Origin: Euryarchaeota archaeon UBA106
GTDB taxonomy: Archaea > Thermoplasmatota > Poseidoniia > Poseidoniales > Thalassarchaeaceae
DNA length: 64,000 nt
NCBI GenBank assembly: GCA_002502365.1
Contig: DAOJ01000065.1
Location: 7,547 to 71,546 of the forward strand
Reading direction: 5' to 3'
The position numbers were made by a program, and so were the translations under genes. Positions 51,096 to 60,053 of the stretch are shown here, piece after piece (within the stretch, counting starts at the first letter, position 1; every line of letters starts with the position of its first letter). Below the pieces are notes generated by a model. The model was not told the DNA's origin. It ran no database searches and saw only the letters and a program-made list of their open reading frames with translations.

Positions 51096-51345
51096 CCCCT
51101 AACCTCTCAATTTGTTTTTCAATTTGCGCAATTCTTTCATATGCCTCAACTAACATTGAAAGTAGGATTGGTTCAATTGGGTCTACGTTTGGAATCATGC
51201 CACAAGCAGCAGCTCTAGACCTTGTAGCGTTCATCATCGATTCGTAAGCCAAACGATCTTGAGGTCTCAGAGTTCTATAGAATCGCCTCCACTCTTCTAT
51301 TCGAGACTCTCCTCTCATTCTCCAAGTTGCGACTGTCCTACCCAT
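51088..51345 (-). CDS. Small PolB2-associated helical protein (arCOG07300-like)
   Basis: MGRTVATWR...FYRTLRPQDR...ILLSMLVE; overlaps the polB2 start. Confidence 0.75.
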   Translation of the reverse strand: MGRTVATWRMRGESRIEEWRRFYRTLRPQDRLAYESMMNATRSRAAACGMIPNVDPIEPILLSMLVEAYERIAQIEKQIERLGDE

Positions 51346-51427
51346 GGATTTGTTTGGCGAATTAAATCGCTTCACTTTCTTTTTGAAGACAGAGAGTTAT
51401 TTTAGAGAGTAAAAGTGAAACAGATTA

Positions 51428-52426
51428 TCAGAGTTTTCTCGGGTTTGTCCAACGTGAATCTGCAGGAGGCCTTGTTATTGCGAGGTAATTCCAGGAGCCT
51501 TCATTATTTACAGGATGTAACCAAATTTTGTTAACACCTGAAGCTAATCTAGATGCTAGGCAGGCACCAGCCCAGTTCTTTGGCGCCTCATCTGGTAAAA
51601 CTACTAGGTATGGAGCGTGGTCATCTCCTATGCGCTTTTCATAACATCTCCATTTGGAACCATACTTGAATCCAGGTCTAATCACAAGACCTCTATCTAG
51701 TAAATCTAAGAGAATTAAAGCACCCTGGCTGAGTGGTGACTTACCATCCACAATTTCACTGGCTATCGTATCCAAAAAAATGCCTTCTTCAGTAGGTATG
51801 CCTAATTGTTCTATTTCCCAATTTTCGGATGGGAAAATCATACCGTCCGCAGAGTTAATTCCATCAGATAAGTTTGGTAATTTTTCACCTAATCTTTCCT
51901 CTTTGAAAATACCTAATGGAGATTCAGATGATAACTGGTAGCTAACGACACTAAGTTCTTCATCTACTATCATTACTTCTGGAATCCTGTTTGAGTTTCT
52001 TACCTCTACAGCCCAATTATGTAATTCGGCTGGGTTAAGCATTTCTGAATCTAAAAACCATCTGACTTCAGCAGTTGGTTGAGAATCTTTTGGGTGAGAA
52101 TTCGATGGCCACCTACACGCCCATGTTTGAGGTTGATAATCTAAATCAAAAAGATCTAGATTTCCCGTAAGTACAACCTTATTCCCTGGGACTCTCAAAG
52201 CTTCAAGAATGCAATACTCTTGTAGTAGCATACCGTTCATGGAAAGTGCATTTGTTTTCCAATCATTATCTGGCAATTCTATATTTCGGTGGTGGTGGAC
52301 AAAAAGTGTCTCCGCAGGAGATAGAGCTAGACTTCCATTTTTCAAAAGTCTCCCAATTACTGACTTTTGCCAGAGCCTTTGTGAGGCGGGGCCATCATAT
52401 TCCCAAACCTCAGGAGTGCCGCCCAT
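51428..52426 (-). CDS. endA: tRNA-splicing endonuclease (two-repeat homodimer type)
   Basis: LALSPAETLF; C-terminal GFKYG..WRCY, DHAPY, RLASGVNK. Confidence 0.85.
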   Translation of the reverse strand: MGGTPEVWEYDGPASQRLWQKSVIGRLLKNGSLALSPAETLFVHHHRNIELPDNDWKTNALSMNGMLLQEYCILEALRVPGNKVVLTGNLDLFDLDYQPQTWACRWPSNSHPKDSQPTAEVRWFLDSEMLNPAELHNWAVEVRNSNRIPEVMIVDEELSVVSYQLSSESPLGIFKEERLGEKLPNLSDGINSADGMIFPSENWEIEQLGIPTEEGIFLDTIASEIVDGKSPLSQGALILLDLLDRGLVIRPGFKYGSKWRCYEKRIGDDHAPYLVVLPDEAPKNWAGACLASRLASGVNKIWLHPVNNEGSWNYLAITRPPADSRWTNPRKL

Positions 52427-52522
52427 ATCGGTCCGAAACTAACACTTCGCTTGAGTTCGTCGGTCAATCGATGGTTATTTCTCAGCCCCAAAACTCATTC
52501 ATCTCCTCATCCTCGAAGTACC

Positions 52523-53581
52523 ATGGCGATTGACGAAGACACAGTGTCCCGTACCGAAGCTCTACAACGTTTACGCTCAACTTTGGATGAAATGAAAGGT
52601 TCCCAAGTAACTTTGCTAGGAGATGTAATGTTAGACAGATACCATCATGGTTATGCAAACAATTTGAATTCAATTGCGCCGGTTCCCGTCCTAAAAATAT
52701 TCCAAACCGATGAAAGCCCCGGAGCAGCTGCACATATTGCTAGAGGATTAAATTCCATAGGTTTAGATGTAGATTTTCACACTTATGTTGGTGATGATAG
52801 AGAAGGGGAAACAATTCGGAATATGTTGGAGCAAGACGGTATTTCAATTGAAGGAATAGAATCGATAAAAAATCGACACACACTGGTCAAAATTCGGTTT
52901 TTTGGAAGTAGAGAGAGTTTACTCGATGACAGCCAAATTTTGTTACAAGCTGACAGAGGTCCATTAGAACAAATTGACAGGTATATTTCCGAGAAGCTGA
53001 CAAATAATGCTATGAAAGCATTAGAGGAAAGTTGTGCTTTAGTTATCTCTGATTATGACAACGGTTCAGTTAGAGTTTCGAGCGCCTCGACTCTTATTGC
53101 CGAGGCTTCGAAGAATAATATTCCAGTTATTGTAGACCCGAAGTTAACCGGACTAGAAAGGTCTAGAGGGGCAACAGTAGTTCTTGTTGAAATGAGAGGT
53201 ATGGAACTCATGCGAAGAAGATTAGAATCATCTGATGCGGCTAGCGCAGCATCAGAATTAATCGATACATATGATTGGAATGCTTTAGTGGTTTTAGGTG
53301 GTGTTAATGGAGTAACTCTATATCAATCAGAAGGAGAAACTATCCATTTTGATTGTTATGCTTCAGCTCCTAAGCAACAGATAGGTCTCCATGATGCTGC
53401 TGCCACAGCGCTTGCGGTTGCGTTAGGAAATGGGTTACCAATGGAGGATGCTGGATTGTTAGCAGCCGCGGCCTGTGACTGCATTTTAACCGCAAAAGCA
53501 AGCCAGGAATTTGTAGATCTTGATACACTAGGTACATGGTTGGATGAATTGGTCTGGCAAATGCAAATTTCAGAGAGATAA
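52523..53581 (+). CDS. PfkB-family kinase, HldE/RfaE kinase-domain-like
   Basis: LGDVMLDRY, APVPV, PGAAAH, VISDY, VIVDPK. Confidence 0.8.
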   Translation: MAIDEDTVSRTEALQRLRSTLDEMKGSQVTLLGDVMLDRYHHGYANNLNSIAPVPVLKIFQTDESPGAAAHIARGLNSIGLDVDFHTYVGDDREGETIRNMLEQDGISIEGIESIKNRHTLVKIRFFGSRESLLDDSQILLQADRGPLEQIDRYISEKLTNNAMKALEESCALVISDYDNGSVRVSSASTLIAEASKNNIPVIVDPKLTGLERSRGATVVLVEMRGMELMRRRLESSDAASAASELIDTYDWNALVVLGGVNGVTLYQSEGETIHFDCYASAPKQQIGLHDAAATALAVALGNGLPMEDAGLLAAAACDCILTAKASQEFVDLDTLGTWLDELVWQMQISER

Positions 53582-53632
53582 TTGGCTCACGTATCCATGA
53601 GGTTCAATACTGAAGGACTCATCCAATACTCA

Positions 53633-55111
53633 ATGAATAGACGCTGGTTAGCCATAATTCCGGCTATGGCTGCAATTTTATTGCTTTCGACTAATGTTCA
53701 GGCAGATGATAGTGACCCAGCGCTCATCAGTATAAATGTTGAAAATGGTGCATATACTAATGACACGATTATTTTCTCAGGTATAATTGAAGATGATATC
53801 AAACCGGCTCAATCCTTTTGGAGAGTTAGTAAAGAAGGAACTACATTTGGAGGTGGTGACCTTTATCAAAATCTCGAAGAAACCCCTTCAACGAGTAGCC
53901 GAACTCAATGGACATGGTCATTCAGTTTATCAATTGAAGAAACTGGTGAATGTGCTTGTTACGTCAGTATCCATATAATAGATGAAAATTCTAACGAAAT
54001 CATAGGGCAAAGAGTAATTTTCATGGTCTCAGAAAATACATCGGGTCTAATTGGCTTCATGCTATATGAGGATCTTTCGGGCAATTTTATCGATTCTTTC
54101 GTCAATGTGAAGGGCTGGGTGGGGAGCTATCCAGAATCTAGTGTGACGATTGAAATAATCACTTCAATTACTCAGGGTTTAATTGAAGCTACACTATTTC
54201 CTCAACCCACAACTTGTTCTACGCCCTCGTTTACATCCGACACGGAAACATTTGCTAATGGCGAGTTTGAATTCGAATTCGATATCTCTTCCAAACTTGA
54301 TGGTTGGTTAAAGATAGATTTGATTTCTTGTTCTTCCAGTTTATCTTTCTTGGAAGGTTCAATCCAAGAATTTTCTATTCGTGTTAATAATGAACCGCCG
54401 ACAATAAAAATTTCTGGTATCGATTTTGCAATTGAAGATGATACCTGGCATACATTCGATGCTTCACTGACCGAAGATCCATATTGGGGTAGAACCGATA
54501 TGTATTATGTTTGGACATTATACCGTACATCCCATTCAGGTTTTTCTCCTATTGATGTAAAGATGGGTGTTGACATAACCAGTTACTCAATTTCTGGTAC
54601 AAAATCTGGTAATTATTCACTTAGCTTAACTGTCTATGATGAAGGAGGCCAATATTCCGAAAAGGTGGTAATTTTTGATATTGCAAATACAGTTCCAATT
54701 ATTTCATTAGAAATTGATGGAGAGCCGGTATCAAATAATCAGGAAATTAAGTTAACAAATCCATCAGATACTTTATTGGATGCAACAGCAAGTACAGATT
54801 CAGTCAATGATAAACCTGGGTTAAGGTGTGTTTGGTTGTTAGATAACGTACCTTTGTATGAAGGCTGCAATCGCTCTTTTTCTTGGGATGAATATCAAGG
54901 TGAAGATTACCGGGCAGAACTAACACTTGAAGTGATTGATGATGATGGTGAATACTCGACATTGAATGTCATACTAATCCATCCCAATGAAGTGCAACCT
55001 ATACCTATAATTCTGGTTATTCCAGCAATATCTCTAATTTTCCTCATTTACGCTACAATTAATCGATTCAAGTCCAATAATGAACTAGAAATTCCTAAGT
55101 GGAAATCTTGA
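53633..55111 (+). CDS. Secreted PKD/Ig-like domain protein with C-terminal TM
   Basis: Signal peptide; FDASLTED, GNYSLSLTVYD, LDATASTD, LTLEVIDDDG. Confidence 0.7.
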   Translation: MNRRWLAIIPAMAAILLLSTNVQADDSDPALISINVENGAYTNDTIIFSGIIEDDIKPAQSFWRVSKEGTTFGGGDLYQNLEETPSTSSRTQWTWSFSLSIEETGECACYVSIHIIDENSNEIIGQRVIFMVSENTSGLIGFMLYEDLSGNFIDSFVNVKGWVGSYPESSVTIEIITSITQGLIEATLFPQPTTCSTPSFTSDTETFANGEFEFEFDISSKLDGWLKIDLISCSSSLSFLEGSIQEFSIRVNNEPPTIKISGIDFAIEDDTWHTFDASLTEDPYWGRTDMYYVWTLYRTSHSGFSPIDVKMGVDITSYSISGTKSGNYSLSLTVYDEGGQYSEKVVIFDIANTVPIISLEIDGEPVSNNQEIKLTNPSDTLLDATASTDSVNDKPGLRCVWLLDNVPLYEGCNRSFSWDEYQGEDYRAELTLEVIDDDGEYSTLNVILIHPNEVQPIPIILVIPAISLIFLIYATINRFKSNNELEIPKWKS

Positions 55112-55177
55112 ATTTTACCTCACGTTGTTGTATTTTTCATACCACAGAAATAAGAATGGGTTCCACGTCCGCCAAAC

Positions 55178-56533
55178 ATGGGTGGGGTGACTAAACTACC
55201 ATTTGAGGCGGCAGAGTATAAGCAACGTCAGTCTCGTTTCCTATCTCAGATTGACAAGGATTGTTTGGTCCTTATTCCAACGAATCCTCTTTCTATTCGA
55301 TCTAACGATGTGCACTACCCATACAGGGCTAGTTCCTACATGTTGTACCTCTGTGGTTGGAGTGACCCAGGTTCAGTCTTCATGGCACAACACGATGGAG
55401 AGGAATGGAAAGTGAGTCTTTTTGTCCAGCCTAAAGATACTACAGCGGAAATTTGGGAAGGGAGACGCATTGGAGTTGACGGGGCCGCTAAAGGCTGGCC
55501 TATTAATCACGCAAATTCTTTATTAGACTTAGAGGAAATTATAGAACAATCACTTAGTGATTCTAATGGGGTCTATCTTATCCAAAAATTAAATCAACAA
55601 ATTGATGAAATTGTTAATCGCTCATTGACTTCCAAGAGCCGACAAAGAAATACTCACGGAATCGGGCCTACGAGTATTGTGGACCCTTCGTCAATTTTAG
55701 ACGAAATGAGGCTGTGTAAATCTCCAAGTGAGATTGAAATTATGAAGAAATCTGCAGATTTAGCCTCCGAGGCACATTCTATTGCCATGGAAAAAACTCA
55801 CCCACAGATTGCAGAATGGGAAATACAAGCTATTATTGAAGGACACTTTCAATCTAAAGGTTCACAATGGAGTTATCCTTCCATAGTAGGAGGAGGTGAT
55901 AATGCAACGATTTTGCATTATCATGCAAATAATAAATCTGTCAAAGATGGAGATTTAATACTGGTGGATGCTGGTTGTGAAATAGATGGTTACGCTTCGG
56001 ATATTACTCGAACATGGCCAGCTAATGGTAAATTTTCCGAAGCTCAGAGAGAAATATACAACTTAGTCCTAAAAGCCGAAATTGCAGCTATCGAAGCTTG
56101 TCAAATAGGATCTCCTTGGAATTCTTCACACAGAGCTAGTATGGAAGTAATTTCAAGAGGATTGATTGAATTAGGTATCCTCGATTGTTCTTTTGAAGAA
56201 GCTATGGGTGATGATTTAGACGGAAAAACTCGACAATTTTTCATGCATGGTACTAGCCATTCACTAGGCTTAGATGTACATGATGTCGGAGTTACTAGAC
56301 CTGAAGGTAAGGGTGATGGACGGCTTTTGGAAGAAGGAATGGTTCTTACCGTGGAACCTGGTTTATATTTTGGTTCTTGGAGAGAAGATATCACTATCCC
56401 AGAAAAGTACTCGGGAATTGGCATTCGCATAGAAGATAATGTGGTCATCACAAAAGAAGGCCCAATCGTCCTAACATCAAATTGCCCAAAACAAATTTCA
56501 GAAATTGAATCATTGGTTGGCTCAGGGGTTTGA
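55178..56533 (+). CDS. pepP: Xaa-Pro aminopeptidase
   Basis: ILHY, VDAGCEIDGYASDITRT, HSLGLDVHD, TVEPGLY, GIRIED. Confidence 0.95.
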   Translation: MGGVTKLPFEAAEYKQRQSRFLSQIDKDCLVLIPTNPLSIRSNDVHYPYRASSYMLYLCGWSDPGSVFMAQHDGEEWKVSLFVQPKDTTAEIWEGRRIGVDGAAKGWPINHANSLLDLEEIIEQSLSDSNGVYLIQKLNQQIDEIVNRSLTSKSRQRNTHGIGPTSIVDPSSILDEMRLCKSPSEIEIMKKSADLASEAHSIAMEKTHPQIAEWEIQAIIEGHFQSKGSQWSYPSIVGGGDNATILHYHANNKSVKDGDLILVDAGCEIDGYASDITRTWPANGKFSEAQREIYNLVLKAEIAAIEACQIGSPWNSSHRASMEVISRGLIELGILDCSFEEAMGDDLDGKTRQFFMHGTSHSLGLDVHDVGVTRPEGKGDGRLLEEGMVLTVEPGLYFGSWREDITIPEKYSGIGIRIEDNVVITKEGPIVLTSNCPKQISEIESLVGSGV

Positions 56534-56537
56534 TAAA

Positions 56538-57707
56538 ATGGCCGATTGGCGTGCGATTCTTGAAGGGCTATTGGTACTAAAACCTCCAAGATTAACTGTT
56601 GAAGAAGCTATTATTCTGTATGATGAAGCAGACCAGAATGAGCTATTGCATGCTGGTTTACAAATGCGTAGATTACGTGTGCCAGGGAACAAAGTCACAT
56701 ATCTTGTTGATCGAAATGTAAACTACACTAATGTGTGCACAATAAATTGTCAATTTTGTTCATTCTATAGACCACCTGGACATCAAGAATCCTACACTCA
56801 AACTATCGAACAAATCAGTGCGAGATTTTCTGAGTTAGAATATATCGGAGGTTCGAGAGTACTGATGCAGGGAGGAGTTAATCCAGACCTACCACTTGAA
56901 TGGTATACAGATTTAATTTCAGAACTTAGAGTCAGGCATCCTACTATTGATTTAGATTGCTTTTCACCCATCGAAATTGAAGGTATTGCAGAAGTCTGTG
57001 AATCTACTACCAAAGAGGTCCTTCTAAGATTAAAGGATGCAGGAATGCATGGATTGCCCGGTGGAGGGGCAGAAATGCTTGTTGATGATGTACGTTTAGA
57101 TGTCTCTCCCAAAAAAGGTAGTGCAGATAATTGGTTGAGGGTAATGGATGAAGCTCAACAAATTGGTTTGACAACTTCTGCAACTAATGTAATTGGTTTT
57201 GGGGAAAGTAATGAGCATCGCGTAAAGCACATGGAAAAAATTAGGGAATTGCAAGACCGAAATCTAGCAAAAGGATTGCGAGGATTCACATCATTTATTG
57301 CATGGCCAGTACAATTGGAAAACAATTCCTTTGGCAAACGAAATAAGGGGCAAAATAAGATTGAATTGGGGGCTGGTGCCTACGAATACCTTCGTCATGT
57401 TGCGATTTCACGCCTATTTTTCGACAATATTGAACACATACAGGCATCATGGCCAACGATGGGAATGGGTATTGCACAATTAGCGTTATTCGCTGGTGCT
57501 GATGATGCTGGTTCCACAATGATGGAAGAAAATGTAGTATCAGCTTCAGGGACCACAAAAACTCTTGCAGGTGAAGATGAATTACAACTTACAATCTTAC
57601 GAGCGGGTTTCATTCCACAAAAAAGGGATTCAAATTACATGCATCTGGACACTCAAATCCAAAATGAAAAAGTCTTACCGTGCCCACCTCCTTTGCAACC
57701 CGCATAA
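56538..57707 (+). CDS. mqnC: Radical SAM enzyme, MqnC (cyclic dehypoxanthine futalosine synthase)-like
   Basis: DRNVNYTNVCTINCQFCSF, LMQGG, PGGGAEML, HIQASW, STMMEENVVSA. Confidence 0.8.
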   Translation: MADWRAILEGLLVLKPPRLTVEEAIILYDEADQNELLHAGLQMRRLRVPGNKVTYLVDRNVNYTNVCTINCQFCSFYRPPGHQESYTQTIEQISARFSELEYIGGSRVLMQGGVNPDLPLEWYTDLISELRVRHPTIDLDCFSPIEIEGIAEVCESTTKEVLLRLKDAGMHGLPGGGAEMLVDDVRLDVSPKKGSADNWLRVMDEAQQIGLTTSATNVIGFGESNEHRVKHMEKIRELQDRNLAKGLRGFTSFIAWPVQLENNSFGKRNKGQNKIELGAGAYEYLRHVAISRLFFDNIEHIQASWPTMGMGIAQLALFAGADDAGSTMMEENVVSASGTTKTLAGEDELQLTILRAGFIPQKRDSNYMHLDTQIQNEKVLPCPPPLQPA

Positions 57708-57716
57708 TCAATCCTT

Positions 57717-58781
57717 TTACTCTTCAGAGCGGGCTGCTCGTAATGGCATTTCATCTATTTCAACAGGTTCTTCTGTTTGAGGGAAAATTAATGGTTTAAC
57801 CCATCTTAATCTCATACCATCCCAAGTTACATGGATATGCAACTCCCAATGTAATGCAATAACAGAGGAGTAAATCGTACCAGGCCACCTTTCCTTGGGT
57901 CCGTTCACAGTGATTGGTAAATTGGTATCAGAATTATATTCCCCTCTCGCTCTAACTCTCATGGGTTCCAATAGTAATATTCGAGTGTAATCAACCGCTA
58001 ATGGAGTCGATTCTCCAACACCGGTTCCATGTTCCTCTCCTCCAGTCAGTCTCTTTTCAGGCAATGGAGTAGACATACCTGGAGGGGGTTGACCGAATTC
58101 TTTCCTATTGGAAGATTGAAGCATGGTATTTCGTTCTGGTATCGCTATTCCTGCTTGAATTCTTGACCCAATTAGGTGTACGTTATCCGGTAACACTAAT
58201 TTTGTAATTTTGACGTTACCATCACCTATTTGGAATTCAATTTCAGGTTCAGAAATTGGAGATTGAATGTATAGGTTTTGTCGATTTATGTCTCGTGTGT
58301 TTGCATATATCCTGATAATTATTGGCAATACAAAAATTGGAAATGTTAAGAATAATAATTTAGGATAATCTAACGGTCCAATTTGGTAAGATCCTTGTGT
58401 AATCCAAGAAAGTACTGGAGTATTATCCAAAGCCGGAGCAATTGCGTGTAAAAATAATGAAAAAATAAGTAAAATTACTGTTGGAGCAATCAACTTCCTT
58501 GCGATAGCATGTAATGGATCTGGTTCAATATACCAACCATTTCTAGTTCTCATTAGAAACGGCAATGTTGCTGTTGTAGTTACGGATTGTATTCTTGGTA
58601 AATGATTGTCTTTTTCGGTTACCCTTCGCCATTCAACAAACCAACCCGATTCTGAGCCTATTCTAAATGGGGTTGGTGGGGGCGAATCAGATTCTAGAAT
58701 GACTTCTGTTATAGGTAAAGAATTAGGGTCAATATTGGCATGGTCAAATGGTGGATATCTAATTCTTTGAACAGATTCCAT
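57717..58781 (-). CDS. Membrane hypothetical protein
   Basis: 354-aa ORF with two TMs; 4 bp downstream of the reductase. Confidence 0.7.
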   Translation of the reverse strand: MESVQRIRYPPFDHANIDPNSLPITEVILESDSPPPTPFRIGSESGWFVEWRRVTEKDNHLPRIQSVTTTATLPFLMRTRNGWYIEPDPLHAIARKLIAPTVILLIFSLFLHAIAPALDNTPVLSWITQGSYQIGPLDYPKLLFLTFPIFVLPIIIRIYANTRDINRQNLYIQSPISEPEIEFQIGDGNVKITKLVLPDNVHLIGSRIQAGIAIPERNTMLQSSNRKEFGQPPPGMSTPLPEKRLTGGEEHGTGVGESTPLAVDYTRILLLEPMRVRARGEYNSDTNLPITVNGPKERWPGTIYSSVIALHWELHIHVTWDGMRLRWVKPLIFPQTEEPVEIDEMPLRAARSEE

Positions 58782-58785
58782 TTTT

Positions 58786-60003
58786 TTAACCCCAAATTAA
58801 TGCTGAAGCGCCCTTTGTTGCTAATCGACGGAACTCTGGAATTTCCTTTAGCATCTTTATGCCAAGAGGTATTGGATTGTCGATATCGCCAACTTGATTG
58901 ATTAATTCTATAACTTCTGGTTGAGCCCAAACTGAAAATAATTCATCTAGTTCTTCATCAGTTGATTCGCTAAGAAAAACGTTCCTTAAAGCTCTAGATT
59001 TGTTTTGTTTTCGCCTCAGGCTTGAAAGAGTTGAGTTAAGGTCTTGTATAGTTTTAGCATTAAAATCATTAGAAATTAATATAGACACTAACTTTGGTAA
59101 CATTAAGTCTACTTGATCAAATCCCATCCCAATACCTCCTCCAGTAGTAGGTTTGCATAACCCGGCAGCATCTCCGAATACTGCAACTCGATTAATAACA
59201 GGTTTTAGGATTAAACCGGAAGGTACAGGTCCACAAAATCTGCCAATTTCCTTGCAATTTGCAAACCTATTTTTCCACATAGGAGATTGCATAAATCTCT
59301 CCAATAAATCTTCACATGAGTATTCGTTCAATTTATCTGGTAATGTCCAGTTTCCTATTCTTGTGGTTTCACCCGAAGGTATTGCCCAAGAGAAAAAACC
59401 TGGTGCAATATCGTCTCCCGTGAAAAGATCCAACCGACCATCTTCCCCTGGATATCCTGTAACCTCAATTTGGAATCCTATCATCAATTCTTTTGGCCGT
59501 CCCATCTTGAAGGTCCGGCGAACCCATGAATGTGCCCCATCTGCACCACAAATCATACGACTGAAAAATTGCTGGTTTTCCCCATTTACATTTATTTCGA
59601 TTTCTACACCTAATTCCGTTACCACGGCATTGGTGGGTTTCGATTCCAATAGTAAATCTGCTCCAGATTCTATTGCAAGTTGAACAACTCTTTCATCGAA
59701 CAATTTTCGACAAACCGACCAAGTTCTGGTTCTATCCGGATTTCCAATTTTTATTTCTGTACCAGAGGGACTATACATTCTAGCACCCCATATTCTTGTT
59801 AGAACTGTATCATATGCTCCAATCCTTTCCATTGCGGAGGGATTTACCATGCCTGCGCATTGAAATGGCCTTCCAACTTCTGCATGCTCCTCAATCATTA
59901 GGACATCTATTCCATTTTGGGATAACTTCCAAGCGAGATAGCCACCTACGGGTCCCGCTCCGATAATGATTACGTCGTAATTTTGCTTAACCAACTTCAT
60001 CAC
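58786..60003 (-). CDS. Geranylgeranyl reductase family (DGGGPL reductase-like)
   Basis: IIGAGPVG, PFQCAG, GADGAHS, FSWAIP, GDAAGLCKPTTGGGI. Confidence 0.9.
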   Translation of the reverse strand: MMKLVKQNYDVIIIGAGPVGGYLAWKLSQNGIDVLMIEEHAEVGRPFQCAGMVNPSAMERIGAYDTVLTRIWGARMYSPSGTEIKIGNPDRTRTWSVCRKLFDERVVQLAIESGADLLLESKPTNAVVTELGVEIEINVNGENQQFFSRMICGADGAHSWVRRTFKMGRPKELMIGFQIEVTGYPGEDGRLDLFTGDDIAPGFFSWAIPSGETTRIGNWTLPDKLNEYSCEDLLERFMQSPMWKNRFANCKEIGRFCGPVPSGLILKPVINRVAVFGDAAGLCKPTTGGGIGMGFDQVDLMLPKLVSILISNDFNAKTIQDLNSTLSSLRRKQNKSRALRNVFLSESTDEELDELFSVWAQPEVIELINQVGDIDNPIPLGIKMLKEIPEFRRLATKGASALIWG

Positions 60004-60053
60004 CCGCTATGCCCAGACGTAAAGGACGGTGACGGCGTCTGGATTGTGGAATA

